Part shown: positions 38,906-46,981 of the stretch, one piece after another
Position numbering within the stretch: position 1 is the first letter of the stretch
Layout of the letters: every line of letters begins with the position of its first letter
IMG/VR virus record: IMGVR_UViG_3300015264_000002
Location: 1,210-65,209 of that record
DNA: 64,000 bases
Origin: a virus
Strand: one strand, 5' to 3'
Position numbers and translations under genes: made by a program
Notes under the pieces: model-generated
The model's input: only the letters and a program-made list of their open reading frames with translations
Databases searched by the model: none
What the model was told of the DNA's origin: nothing

Positions 38906-39256
38906 CTAGCCCGGTCGCTCCCGCGTCTGCGCGCGCGCCCGCCCCGCGCGGGCGGCCAGGGCGACGCGATCGCCGCCGCGCCACGGTCCCAGGGTACGCG
39001 TCAGGGCCGCGGTCGCGGCGGCCCCCCACACGCGCAGGTAGCCGCCGGGGGGTTGCTGACGGCCGCGGGCCATGGCCAGGTACAGGGCCTGACGGCTGAC
39101 CCCGACGGCGCGCGCGGCCGCGCTGACCGTCCCCCCCGCCTCCAGCCGCCGCAGCACGGCGGCCAGGACGGTCGGCGTCAGCTTCTGCGCCTCCCGTGGC
39201 TGCGCATCACGCAGGCCCGCGGGGCGCCCGCGCCCGTTGCCGTTGCCCTGGGCCAC
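38906..39256 (-). CDS. HTH DNA-binding protein
   Basis: LEAGGTVSAAARAVGVSRQALY; paralog of 37281-37499. Confidence 0.65.
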   Translation of the reverse strand: MAQGNGNGRGRPAGLRDAQPREAQKLTPTVLAAVLRRLEAGGTVSAAARAVGVSRQALYLAMARGRQQPPGGYLRVWGAAATAALTRTLGPWRGGDRVALAARAGRARAQTRERPG

Positions 39257-39267
39257 CTGGCGGCCCC

Positions 39268-40557
39268 CTACGAGCGGAACGGGTCGTCAGGATCGGTGCT
39301 GCCGCCGGCCTCTGTGGTGGCTGGCGGTGGTGGGGCGGGGTGCCGATCGGTGTCGGCCCGCGGGCCGGCCAGGGCGCGCCGTGCGCCCGTCGCCCTGTCC
39401 GCGATCGCGCGGGCAAACTCCTGCTTCATCACGGGATCGTCGGTCGCGCCGGTGAACACAAGGGACGCGACAACGAACGGCTTTTGAATGTCGCCGCGGC
39501 CGTACAGGCCCTTGATGAAGCCGACACGGCGGGCGACGGCGTTCTGCGCCAGCGACTCGCACGTGCGGTGGATATGCACGCGCTGCTGGGTCAGCCGGGC
39601 CGTACTGCGGGCCCGCGCCTGTGGGGTGCCGTCGCGCAGGTCGAGCACTGCCGAGTCCTCGGCGCTGACGTCGCGGCCGTCGAGGGTCGGGAAGGTCCCG
39701 CGCTTGCGCACGTGGCAAAACAGCGGATCGTGCGCGTCGTCCAGCCGCTCCGTCTCCCACGACACGCCCGCGGCCGTGGTGATCTTCTCGAGCCCGATCT
39801 TCGACAGCCCGTACTGATCGGGCTTGCGGTCGTCGCGGTAGACGTCGGCCCCAATCGGGTCGCCCTGCGCATCCAGGCGCGCGTCGACGGCGACGGGGCG
39901 GAAGCTGACGGCGTAGCCGGGCGGGATGAAATCGACGTCGCGCACGGGGATACACAGGTTGTACTTGTCGCGGGCGCGGTCGAAGGCCGCCAGGGCTTTC
40001 AGCACGCTGGGCACGTCGGTGTACAGCTTGCGCTCGACCACCTCGGGCAGCTGCGGCGCCGCGGCCGCGGGCGGCAGGGGCGACATCGGTCGCTCGGCCG
40101 TTGTGGTCGGCGGCGCGGTCGTCGTCGCCGGGTCGGGCGTCGGGGCCTTGGTCGCCGCCTGCGGTCCCGGGGTGGCGGCCGCCGCGCCCAGCGGCAGCTG
40201 CGGGTCGGATCGCGTGGCTGCGGCGCCGTTGCCGAGGGCGGCGTCGAAGAGGGCGAGCAGCTGCGGGTGCGTCAGCCGGTCGTCGGCCTGCACGAAGGTC
40301 AGGCCGTGCAGCCGCTGGGCCGCCGCCTGCAGGGCCTGGCCCGCAGCCGCGATCGTGGCCTCGCTGGCGCCGGTGGCGAGCAGCGCGCCGTAGGCCGAGC
40401 GGCGGGCAGCCGTCGGGCTGGTGGCGTCGCACTCCTCGCCCCGCGCGTCGACGGCGACGACGCCGTGGCACAGCTGGTCGGGGGTGCGGATCAGCAGGCG
40501 CGCGGACGTCAGCGCCAGGCGCACCGCTTCGTTGGGGCCGTTGCGATCAGTCGTCAT
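39268..40557 (-). CDS. Two-domain protein: DUF6197-like N-domain + putative DNA single-strand annealing domain
   Basis: N: A.D.RG..C...SP.A.R.S.YGAL...THPQLL.LFD.AL; C: LSKIGLEKI..AAGVSW..RLDD..DP...DLRDG...R.HI....ES.A.N...KPFVV; upstream of sbcD/sbcC. Confidence 0.5.
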   Translation of the reverse strand: MTTDRNGPNEAVRLALTSARLLIRTPDQLCHGVVAVDARGEECDATSPTAARRSAYGALLATGASEATIAAAGQALQAAAQRLHGLTFVQADDRLTHPQLLALFDAALGNGAAATRSDPQLPLGAAAATPGPQAATKAPTPDPATTTAPPTTTAERPMSPLPPAAAAPQLPEVVERKLYTDVPSVLKALAAFDRARDKYNLCIPVRDVDFIPPGYAVSFRPVAVDARLDAQGDPIGADVYRDDRKPDQYGLSKIGLEKITTAAGVSWETERLDDAHDPLFCHVRKRGTFPTLDGRDVSAEDSAVLDLRDGTPQARARSTARLTQQRVHIHRTCESLAQNAVARRVGFIKGLYGRGDIQKPFVVASLVFTGATDDPVMKQEFARAIADRATGARRALAGPRADTDRHPAPPPPATTEAGGSTDPDDPFRS

Positions 40558-40813
40558 GGTGGGGTCGCTCCTCGTCTGCTTCTGCTAGGGGCCGGTGCGG
40601 GCGCACCTGCCGGTTGATAGCCATGTCGACCCGGGCGTCCACCAGGTCGATCAGCGCCTCGATCAGATCGCCGCGGGTGACGCCGACGGCGTCATTCATG
40701 CCCGGTCGCGGCCGCAGGCCGCGCTCGCGCTTGGCGTCCTGGTACTCCTCGGCCGCGTCAATCACGGCCGCGACCAGGCGGTATGTCTGCAAATCGCGCT
40801 CGAGATTAGCCAT
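40547..40813 (-). CDS. Hypothetical helical protein
   Basis: RBS GGAGG; overlaps start of next gene. Confidence 0.55.
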   Translation of the reverse strand: MANLERDLQTYRLVAAVIDAAEEYQDAKRERGLRPRPGMNDAVGVTRGDLIEALIDLVDARVDMAINRQVRPHRPLAEADEERPHHDD

Positions 40814-41052
40814 GCGTCGTGTCCTCCGGGCCCCGTGCGGGGCGCCCGCGTCGCGTAAATGTCGCCAGGTACGTGCCTGGCGCGCCCCACCACCCCACCG
40901 CCCACAGGTCCAGCACCGCGCCCGGATCAGTGGCGACCCGGCGGCTGGCCACCGCGGTCGCCGTCTCGCACCGTCGCCAGCCGCGGCCCCATGATCGCCA
41001 GCCACGGGGCTGCTGGCCGGGCCTGCACAGGTGATACCGCATGCGCACCCGT

Positions 41053-41081
41053 GTTACACACCCGCTGCCCGCTGCTGTCAA
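41053..41081 (-). promoter_or_regulatory. Leftward sigma70-like promoter
   Basis: TTGACA-17 bp-TGTAAC on minus strand. Confidence 0.5.
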
Positions 41082-41284
41082 GCAAAGTTCGGCCACCGGG
41101 TCACGCCTTATGGGTATAGCGGCAGCCGGTGGGGGGGAGTACACGGGCACGCTAAGGCGCGACCCGCCCATGACCACTCCCCTGTAACCCCCCGGGCGGT
41201 CGCCCGTGTCGGGCCGCATACGCGCGCGGACCCTGCCTTGCACGGCCAGCCGCCCGGGGGTAACCGCTGACCTTGTACGACTGC

Positions 41285-41320
41285 GACGGGCCTGGCAGGC
41301 GTCCACCTGCCAGGCCCGTC
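41285..41320. terminator. Perfect 15-bp hairpin
   Basis: GACGGGCCTGGCAGG-6 nt-CCTGCCAGGCCCGTC downstream of the 41386-42860 leftward ORFs. Confidence 0.5.
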
Positions 41321-41385
41321 CTTGTGACCGGCTCACTGCCCCTGCTACCCGCCGACCCCTACCCACAGCCCTGCACCCCTGCCGG

Positions 41386-41670
41386 TCAAGTCCATGCCCC
41401 GAGGCTGGCCACGAATCCCATCGCGTGCGTCAACGTCCGCCACGCCAGGCCGCGCTCGGGGTGCCCCTGCAGGGCGCCGGTGCGCACCATGGCCCCGCGC
41501 GGGTCGTACAGCGCCCATGGCCAGTTCGCGGTCGGGTGCCCACAGTGCTCCAGCCGCCAGCCGTCGACGTGCACCCAGCGCGCCCGCAGGCTGATCCACG
41601 GGCGCGGATCGACGCGGCGCCAGCCCAGGCGCGTTGCGGCCTTGTGCGTCATGCGCAGCCGCACGCTCAT
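41386..41670 (-). CDS. Conserved phage hypothetical protein (GWRLEHCGHPTA.WP)
   Basis: Trp-rich motif; ATGA coupling. Confidence 0.6.
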   Translation of the reverse strand: MSVRLRMTHKAATRLGWRRVDPRPWISLRARWVHVDGWRLEHCGHPTANWPWALYDPRGAMVRTGALQGHPERGLAWRTLTHAMGFVASLGAWT

Positions 41671-41960
41671 GCGATCGCCGGCAGCCGCCGCGGGCGGATC
41701 CGCTGCGGCTCGTCGCCGGGGGGCGGGATGCAGCCGCGGTGGATATATACCGTCTCCGCGTTGCGCCAGCTGGTGCCGCGATCGCGCACCCGCACCACCA
41801 GGCCGGCCCGGTTGCCGTGGCTGCAGCCGGTGACACGGCCACCGCAGCGCAGGCAAGGCAGGTCGGCCACGCAGTCGTCGGCCATGCGGTGCACCTCGTA
41901 CGCCTCGCGTGCCGTCGGGTCGGGCAGCAGCCAGGTGATCCGGGCCGCGGTCGTCGTCAT
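41667..41960 (-). CDS. Zn-ribbon hypothetical protein
   Basis: CLRCG...H.GC; coupled ORF. Confidence 0.55.
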   Translation of the reverse strand: MTTTAARITWLLPDPTAREAYEVHRMADDCVADLPCLRCGGRVTGCSHGNRAGLVVRVRDRGTSWRNAETVYIHRGCIPPPGDEPQRIRPRRLPAIA

Positions 41961-42193
41961 GGTGTGCTGCCTTTCCCGCGGGCGTTGACCGCGTCCACGA
42001 TCAGGTGGGCGATCTTGCGCGCGCGCTCCGTCTCTCGCGCCTCCCGCTCGGGCCCCCCGGTGTGGAAGCGGACGAACACGCCCGCGATCGCGTCGGTGTC
42101 CTGCGGGTCCTCGGGGCGGATGATCACCATGCGGTCGTACACGTTGCTGACGACCCAGGGGGGCGGTGGGAGTGGCGCCCTGCCGGCCTTCAT
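41957..42193 (-). CDS. Hypothetical protein
   Basis: PPPW...A..I..AVN pattern; coupled. Confidence 0.55.
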   Translation of the reverse strand: MKAGRAPLPPPPWVVSNVYDRMVIIRPEDPQDTDAIAGVFVRFHTGGPEREARETERARKIAHLIVDAVNARGKGSTP

Positions 42194-42378
42194 GTCCGCT
42201 CGCCCCCCTTGTCGGGCCCCGACTCGGGCCCGGTCGCGCCGCCGTCGGCCACGACGCGGAAGGCGATCCCCGGCCACGCCTGCGCGAACGTCGTGCGCAT
42301 GCGGTCGGCCTCCCCCTGCGTCGGGTAGCGATCGACCAGGTGCCACCCCAGCGGCGCGTTGGCCTCGAGCCGGTACAT
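42190..42378 (-). CDS. Hypothetical protein
   Basis: TGATG overlap; coupled. Confidence 0.5.
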   Translation of the reverse strand: MYRLEANAPLGWHLVDRYPTQGEADRMRTTFAQAWPGIAFRVVADGGATGPESGPDKGGERT

Positions 42379-42860
42379 CAGCAGGTTGCCGTGGCCGTAC
42401 ACAGCACCACGTGCACGGCGTTGATCAGCCTGGCCGCGGTCACCGTCAGCTGCTGCGCGTAGCCGCTCGCCACCACGGCGACGGTGGTGGCGATCGACAG
42501 GCCGATCAGGACGGTCAGCACGCCGTGGCCGCCCTCGTCGTCGCGCAGCTGGCGACTGCAGCCGGGGCAGGCGTCGCCGTCCCGCGACGTCCGCTCCGGT
42601 GGTGTCGGCTCGCCGCACACCAGGCACGGCGCGTGCTCGGCCTCGTCCCCCAGGCGCAGCACCTCGGCGTCCACGTCCCCGCGATCGACGCCGCACGCGG
42701 TGCACAGTGCCGCCACCTCCGCGTCGGCCTGCCGGTCGTGCGCCGGCCCGCTGTACTCCCCGCCGTCGACATACTCGTCCACCGCGGCCGCCTGTACGTG
42801 CTCCGCGTAGATCGCCATGGCGCGCACCGCCACGTCGTGCACCCTGTTGGTCGTCGTCAT
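42378..42860 (-). CDS. Hypothetical protein with CxxC pairs and C-terminal TM
   Basis: RBS GGGAGG before ATG 42860; first gene of leftward arm. Confidence 0.55.
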   Translation of the reverse strand: MTTTNRVHDVAVRAMAIYAEHVQAAAVDEYVDGGEYSGPAHDRQADAEVAALCTACGVDRGDVDAEVLRLGDEAEHAPCLVCGEPTPPERTSRDGDACPGCSRQLRDDEGGHGVLTVLIGLSIATTVAVVASGYAQQLTVTAARLINAVHVVLCTATATC

Positions 42861-42928
42861 TGCGTCACGCCTCCCGTCGCCCCCGGCGACAGCTGCGGGC
42901 ACCGCTGTGTAGTCCGTCATGGGACCCC

Positions 42929-43043
42929 GTTAGACACCCGTCCCCTGTGTGCTGTCAAGTGAAATAATCGCGCAGTGAAGTCACGGCCTTGGCCGTGGCT
43001 GACCCCCCACCCCTTGACGACACCTACGCGCCTCGCCTACAAG
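42929..43043. promoter_or_regulatory. Divergent promoter/operator region
   Basis: Minus TTGACA-18-TCTAAC (42929-42958); palindrome CACGGCC-TT-GGCCGTG (42982-42997); plus TTGACG-18-TACAAG (43014-43043). Confidence 0.55.
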
Positions 43044-43056
43044 CGGCCGCTTCGTC

Positions 43057-43341
43057 ATGGGCACGCCGCCGCGCACCGGGACCGCCTTCCAGCAGTGGCT
43101 GCGGGTCGCACGGGCGCTGCGGCGGCTGACGGTGGCGGAGGCGGCGGCGAGCCTGGGGGTATGCGCGGCCAGCTGGGCGTTGTGGGAGCGCGGGCAGGTG
43201 CCGCACCTCGAGCAGCTGGATCGGCTGGCGCGCTGGGATGGTAGCACGACGCTGCTCGCGCTGCTGCGCATGACCCGACGGCCGGCGCGCGTGCCGCGGC
43301 GACCCACACAGCGACCGCAGGAGGTCGGCGCCAGGCGGTAG
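43057..43341 (+). CDS. Cro-like XRE HTH protein
   Basis: LRVAR..R.LTV.EAA..LGV...SW..WERG..P. Confidence 0.8.
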   Translation: MGTPPRTGTAFQQWLRVARALRRLTVAEAAASLGVCAASWALWERGQVPHLEQLDRLARWDGSTTLLALLRMTRRPARVPRRPTQRPQEVGARR

Positions 43342-43421
43342 CAGGTGGGGCAGGGGGGTGTGGCAGTGGCGGAGCCGAGCAGGGGCAGGGATGGACAGGG
43401 CGACGCGCTCGGGCGCCGAGG

Positions 43422-43940
43422 GTGAGTCTCTCCGCGACGCGCTGGGCCTGGCACACGACGGTGGCGGCGACGGCCAAGCTGGTCCTGCTCTGCCTCGCTG
43501 AGCATGCGCGCAAGCCGGATGGCGTCGCGTGGCCGAGCGAGCGGCGGATCATGACCCTGACCGGCCTGAGCGAGCGGAGCGTGCGGCGCGCGTTGCGGGC
43601 GTGTGAGGTTGCCAGGGTCCTACACCGGATCAGCGGGGGCGCCCGGCGCGGTGACGTGCCCCGCTACCAGCTACACGTACCGGCGGGCGGTTATCCACAG
43701 GGCGCGCAGCGGGTGGCCGAAGGGGGCCAATTTGGCCAGGAAGGGGGCCACGTTGGCCGCAGGAAGGGGGCCACGCTGGCCCCCCGAACCAGAAGATCTT
43801 TGAACCGTAAGGAACCTGCAGCTACGCCAGAACAGCAGGAGCGGGCCGCGGCAGTGCTGCGGGCGATCGGGCAGAGCCTGACAGCGAAGGCCAGCAAGGG
43901 GGCCGCGTCCGTGGCATGCCCAGGCAAGGGGGGCGATTGA
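43422..43940 (+). CDS. Replication initiator (winged HTH, lambda O-like organisation)
   Basis: AKLVLL.LA.HA..DG.AWPS..RI...TGLSERSVRRAL..L/C; internal iterons. Confidence 0.8.
   Translation: MSLSATRWAWHTTVAATAKLVLLCLAEHARKPDGVAWPSERRIMTLTGLSERSVRRALRACEVARVLHRISGGARRGDVPRYQLHVPAGGYPQGAQRVAEGGQFGQEGGHVGRRKGATLAPRTRRSLNRKEPAATPEQQERAAAVLRAIGQSLTAKASKGAASVACPGKGGD
43691..43781 (+). promoter_or_regulatory. Replication origin: DnaA box + three 19-bp iterons
   Basis: TTATCCACA at 43691-43699; GAAGGGGGCCAnnnTGGCC at 43719, 43740 and 43763. Confidence 0.75.
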
Positions 43941-44125
43941 TGGCAGACCAGACGACCCATGGCGGGTGCTTCGCCTGCGGCGACCCGCACACGCCGGTGC
44001 TGTACAGCACCAGCAATCCGCGCAAGATCGCGCGCGCGCTCGCGGCTGCCGGCCGCCAGGGCGTCAAGCTAGGGGCGCCGAGCGTCGCCCTGTGCGCGCC
44101 GTGCTTCGGGCCCGAGGAGCGGTAG
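43940..44125 (+). CDS. Small Zn-finger protein
   Basis: CFACG...CAPC; TGATG coupling. Confidence 0.55.
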   Translation: MADQTTHGGCFACGDPHTPVLYSTSNPRKIARALAAAGRQGVKLGAPSVALCAPCFGPEER

Positions 44126-44335
44126 CCATCTCCACTTCGTACAACCGACGACGCGGCGGCGCCGCGCGCGCGTCGCAGACGCAGGACGGCCACCGCGGCC
44201 GTCCGCACCTCAAGGCGCACCGCCGCGCGCTGCTGCCGCTCGACCTGGTCAAGGACCGCCTGGACCTCGAGCGGTTCACGTGGCGGCGCGCGGGGTACCT
44301 GTGGGCGCAGCCGCCGCGTCGGCCCGGGTGATCAC

Positions 44336-44581
44336 GTGCACTGTCGGATCATCGGCAACGCGATCGTGTGCACCAGCGGGCGCCGGCGTACCGTGCCGTG
44401 CGCGATCGACGACTGCGGTGCGCCCAGCGGCTGGCAGTGCGATCGCGTGATCAGCGCCCCGGGCCAGCCCCGACGCACCTGCGATCGGCACCTGTGCGCC
44501 CGGCACACGAAGCCGCGGCTCGGCCGCCGCCACTACTGCCCACCGTGCGCGCGCGCCGCCGACGAGCTCGGGGAGGAGTAG
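44336..44581 (+). CDS. Cys-rich phage Zn-finger protein
   Basis: C...CG....QCD...TCD..LC..H....YCPPC. Confidence 0.7.
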   Translation: MHCRIIGNAIVCTSGRRRTVPCAIDDCGAPSGWQCDRVISAPGQPRRTCDRHLCARHTKPRLGRRHYCPPCARAADELGEE

Positions 44582-44779
44582 GTGAGCGGCGTGGAAATGG
44601 CGGTCAGCCGCGCGGCCTTGACCTTCTCGGCTGTGCTCTTCCTTGGCCTGTTCGTGATCATGTCGCGCGATACCAGCAAGTTCGTGTCCGATCACAGCCA
44701 CGCCCTCGTGGCGCTGGTGATGGGCGCAGCGCTGCTTGCTGTCGTGGTCGCCATGGGCGGGTGGCCCCATGGCGGCTAG
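44582..44779 (+). CDS. Small 2-TM membrane protein
   Basis: Two hydrophobic helices. Confidence 0.55.
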   Translation: MSGVEMAVSRAALTFSAVLFLGLFVIMSRDTSKFVSDHSHALVALVMGAALLAVVVAMGGWPHGG

Positions 44780-45656
44780 GCGTCCGCGCCGTGGCTGGCG
44801 TGGTGGCGTGCGCACCGGACGGCGCGCGCTCGCGGGCAGCGGCTGGGTGGGCGACGAGCACGCAGAGGCCGTGGCGTTCACCGAGTGGAAGGCCGCGCAG
44901 CTGCTGACCCTGCCGACGTCGCCGCTGCGGCTGCTGCACGCGATCCCCATGGGCGGTTTCCGCGGCCGTCGCAGCGCCGGCCGGGTGTGGGCCGAGGGTG
45001 CGGTCGCTGGCGTCAGCGACTACGCCTGGCCCGTCGCGCGGCGCGACTACCACGGCCTGTACCTCGAGCTGAAATCCCTGCGCCTGGACAAGGCCGGGCA
45101 CCTGGCCGCCGCGCTCGCCACGTCCCAGGCGCAGTGGCTGGCCGACGTGACGGCGGAGAGCTACTGCGCCAACGTGTGCTACGGCGCCGACGCCGCGCGC
45201 GCGTGTGTGCGCTGGTACCTCGGCATGGCGCGCGACGACGTGGAGCGGGAGTACCACGTGCGGCAGACCGTGACGCTCGACGCGGCCGGCCGGCCCGTGT
45301 GGTTCGACTGGCGACCGACGGCAACGGGAGACGCCGCGACGGCGGCGGAAGGAGGGGACCATGGCGACGAAGAAGGACCGGGCGACGGAAGCGGGGCCGA
45401 CGCGCCCCGCACGCGGCGCACCCGAGCGCATCTTCGCGCGCGAGACGCGCGAGCTGCCGGTCAAGCTGACGGCGGCCGAGCTGCAGGCACGCGGGGCGCT
45501 GATCGGGCAGAAGATGGGGATCCTGCTGCGGATCGAGCTGCAGGCGGCCGCGGCCAAGGACCATTACAAGGCCGAGGCGACGCGGACGCGCAAGGAGATC
45601 GAGCAGCTGGGCGAGGTGCTCGAGAAGGGCACGGAGGTGCGCGAGGTCGAGTGTGA
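44769..45656 (+). CDS. VRR-NUC domain nuclease
   Basis: EH.E......W......L.HAIP.GG.R....G.....EG..AGVSD......YHGLY+ELK...SQ..W...Y...VCYG. Confidence 0.8.
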   Translation: MAARRPRRGWRGGVRTGRRALAGSGWVGDEHAEAVAFTEWKAAQLLTLPTSPLRLLHAIPMGGFRGRRSAGRVWAEGAVAGVSDYAWPVARRDYHGLYLELKSLRLDKAGHLAAALATSQAQWLADVTAESYCANVCYGADAARACVRWYLGMARDDVEREYHVRQTVTLDAAGRPVWFDWRPTATGDAATAAEGGDHGDEEGPGDGSGADAPRTRRTRAHLRARDARAAGQADGGRAAGTRGADRAEDGDPAADRAAGGRGQGPLQGRGDADAQGDRAAGRGAREGHGGARGRV

Positions 45657-45861
45657 AGTGGTGCTCAACTGGCACGACGCCACGCGCGACACGCGCCGCA
45701 CCGACACGGGCGACGTCGTCGACAGCCGCGCGCTGTCCCCGAAGGAGCGGCAACAAGAGCTGTTCCGGCAAGGACCCGGCGGCCGCAAGGGCAAGCGCGG
45801 GCAGACGCCGCCAGCCGACGCCGCACCGGCGGCCGCGGGCGACGACCGCCCTGCCACGTGA
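45361..45861 (+). CDS. Conserved phage coiled-coil protein
   Basis: LPVKLT..EL...G.E.REVEC...RTDTG.VV.SR....ERQ..LF; RBS GGAGG. Confidence 0.75.
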   Translation: MATKKDRATEAGPTRPARGAPERIFARETRELPVKLTAAELQARGALIGQKMGILLRIELQAAAAKDHYKAEATRTRKEIEQLGEVLEKGTEVREVECEVVLNWHDATRDTRRTDTGDVVDSRALSPKERQQELFRQGPGGRKGKRGQTPPADAAPAAAGDDRPAT

Positions 45862-45977
45862 TCTTGGGAGCCGATCACGTGGCAGGGCGGGCTGGTAAGG
45901 GCAGTGGGGCCGACGGCGTCTCACCGGGCGCCGGCGGTCCCGAGGCGGGCAGTCCGCGTCAGGGGGCAGTAGAGCAC

Positions 45978-46754
45978 ATGCGCGGGCGTGCGGCTAGCCA
46001 CGGACGTCGGCGGCGGGCGCCGGCGCTACGCGACCGGGTCGTGGCCTTCCGTCGCGTGCGGGCGGCCGACGTCCTGGTCAACCCCGCCAACTACCGGCGG
46101 CACCCGGAGGAGCAGCGGGAGGCGCTGCGCGCGGTGCTGCGCGAGGTGGGGTTTGCGGGTGCCCTGCTGGTGCGCCGCGATCGCCGCGGGCGGCTGGTGC
46201 TGATCGACGGGCAGATGCGCCGCGACGACAACCCCGACGCGCTACTGCCTACGCTGGTCACGGACCTGACGGCGCGCGAGGCGGAGCTGCTGCTGGCAAC
46301 GTACGACCCGCTGGGCGCCATGGCCCGGCGGGACGAGGGGCAGCTGCGGGCGCTGCTGGCCCGGGTGCGGACGGACGAGGCGGCGCTGCGCGTGCTGCTG
46401 GATCGCCTGGCGTCGGGCTCGAGCGCAACGCCGGCGGCTGCGATCCCGGCCGGCCCGTCGCTGGCCGACCGCTTCCTGGTCCCGCCCTTCACCGTGCTGG
46501 ACGCGCGCCAGGGATACTGGCAGGAGCGCAAGCGGCAATGGCTGGCCCTGGGGATCCGGTCGGAGATCGGGCGCGGGGGCGAGGCGGCGTCAGCGTTCAA
46601 GACCGCCGGGGATCAGCCGACGCGGCAGCTGATGCGTGGCCGGGGCGGCAAGCGGGCGGCGTTCCACGGGCCAGGCCGCCGCGATACGATCAGCCAGGAG
46701 ATGGCCAAGCGCGGGGGCCGGCGTGGCGCCGATCAGCCGCTGGTGCCGTCGTGA
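45978..46754 (+). CDS. ParB-like N-domain + N-terminal segment of DNA methyltransferase
   Basis: NP.NYR.HP..Q..AL...L.EVG.....LIDG..R; L.DRF.VPPF.VLDARQGYWQ.RKRQW..LGI.SE.GR. Confidence 0.75.
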   Translation: MRGRAASHGRRRRAPALRDRVVAFRRVRAADVLVNPANYRRHPEEQREALRAVLREVGFAGALLVRRDRRGRLVLIDGQMRRDDNPDALLPTLVTDLTAREAELLLATYDPLGAMARRDEGQLRALLARVRTDEAALRVLLDRLASGSSATPAAAIPAGPSLADRFLVPPFTVLDARQGYWQERKRQWLALGIRSEIGRGGEAASAFKTAGDQPTRQLMRGRGGKRAAFHGPGRRDTISQEMAKRGGRRGADQPLVPS

Positions 46755-46981
46755 CGGTAGCGGGCGCGCAGCGCGGCGATCCCCGCGGTGACCGCCGCCA
46801 GGGGATCGCGGCCAACCTGGGCGTAGAAGCGCGGGTGCACCAGCGCCTCGTGCCCGCGCACGATCGCGTCGCGGTGCGGGCCGAGGCGCGGGAAGCGGGC
46901 GGCCAGGGCGAGCGCCCGCGGCCAGTCGCCGGCGGCCATGTAGGCGTGCAGCTGGTCGATCTTGCGGGGCGGGGTGGCCAT
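46733..46981 (-). CDS. Conserved small phage protein on antisense strand
   Basis: K...L..M..GDW..AL..AA.FPRLG....AI.RGH.A..HP.FY.Q+G.DP.....GI.AL..RY; RBS GGGAG. Confidence 0.7.
   Translation of the reverse strand: MATPPRKIDQLHAYMAAGDWPRALALAARFPRLGPHRDAIVRGHEALVHPRFYAQVGRDPLAAVTAGIAALRARYRHDGTSG

Noticed and set aside
30138-40617. Long plus-strand ORFs over the leftward arm (e.g. 30138-31631, 32201-33295, 39196-40617)
   Set aside because: Antisense shadows of parB, sbcC and the annealase-like gene
44114-44331. Possible ORF with ATC or GTA start after a GAGGAG RBS
   Set aside because: Cannot separate it from a chance open frame; no family motif
30294-46754. parS site or ParA partner for the ParB genes
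   Set aside because: No TGTTTCACGTGAAACA-like palindrome and no deviant Walker A ParA found, so a partition system is not supported
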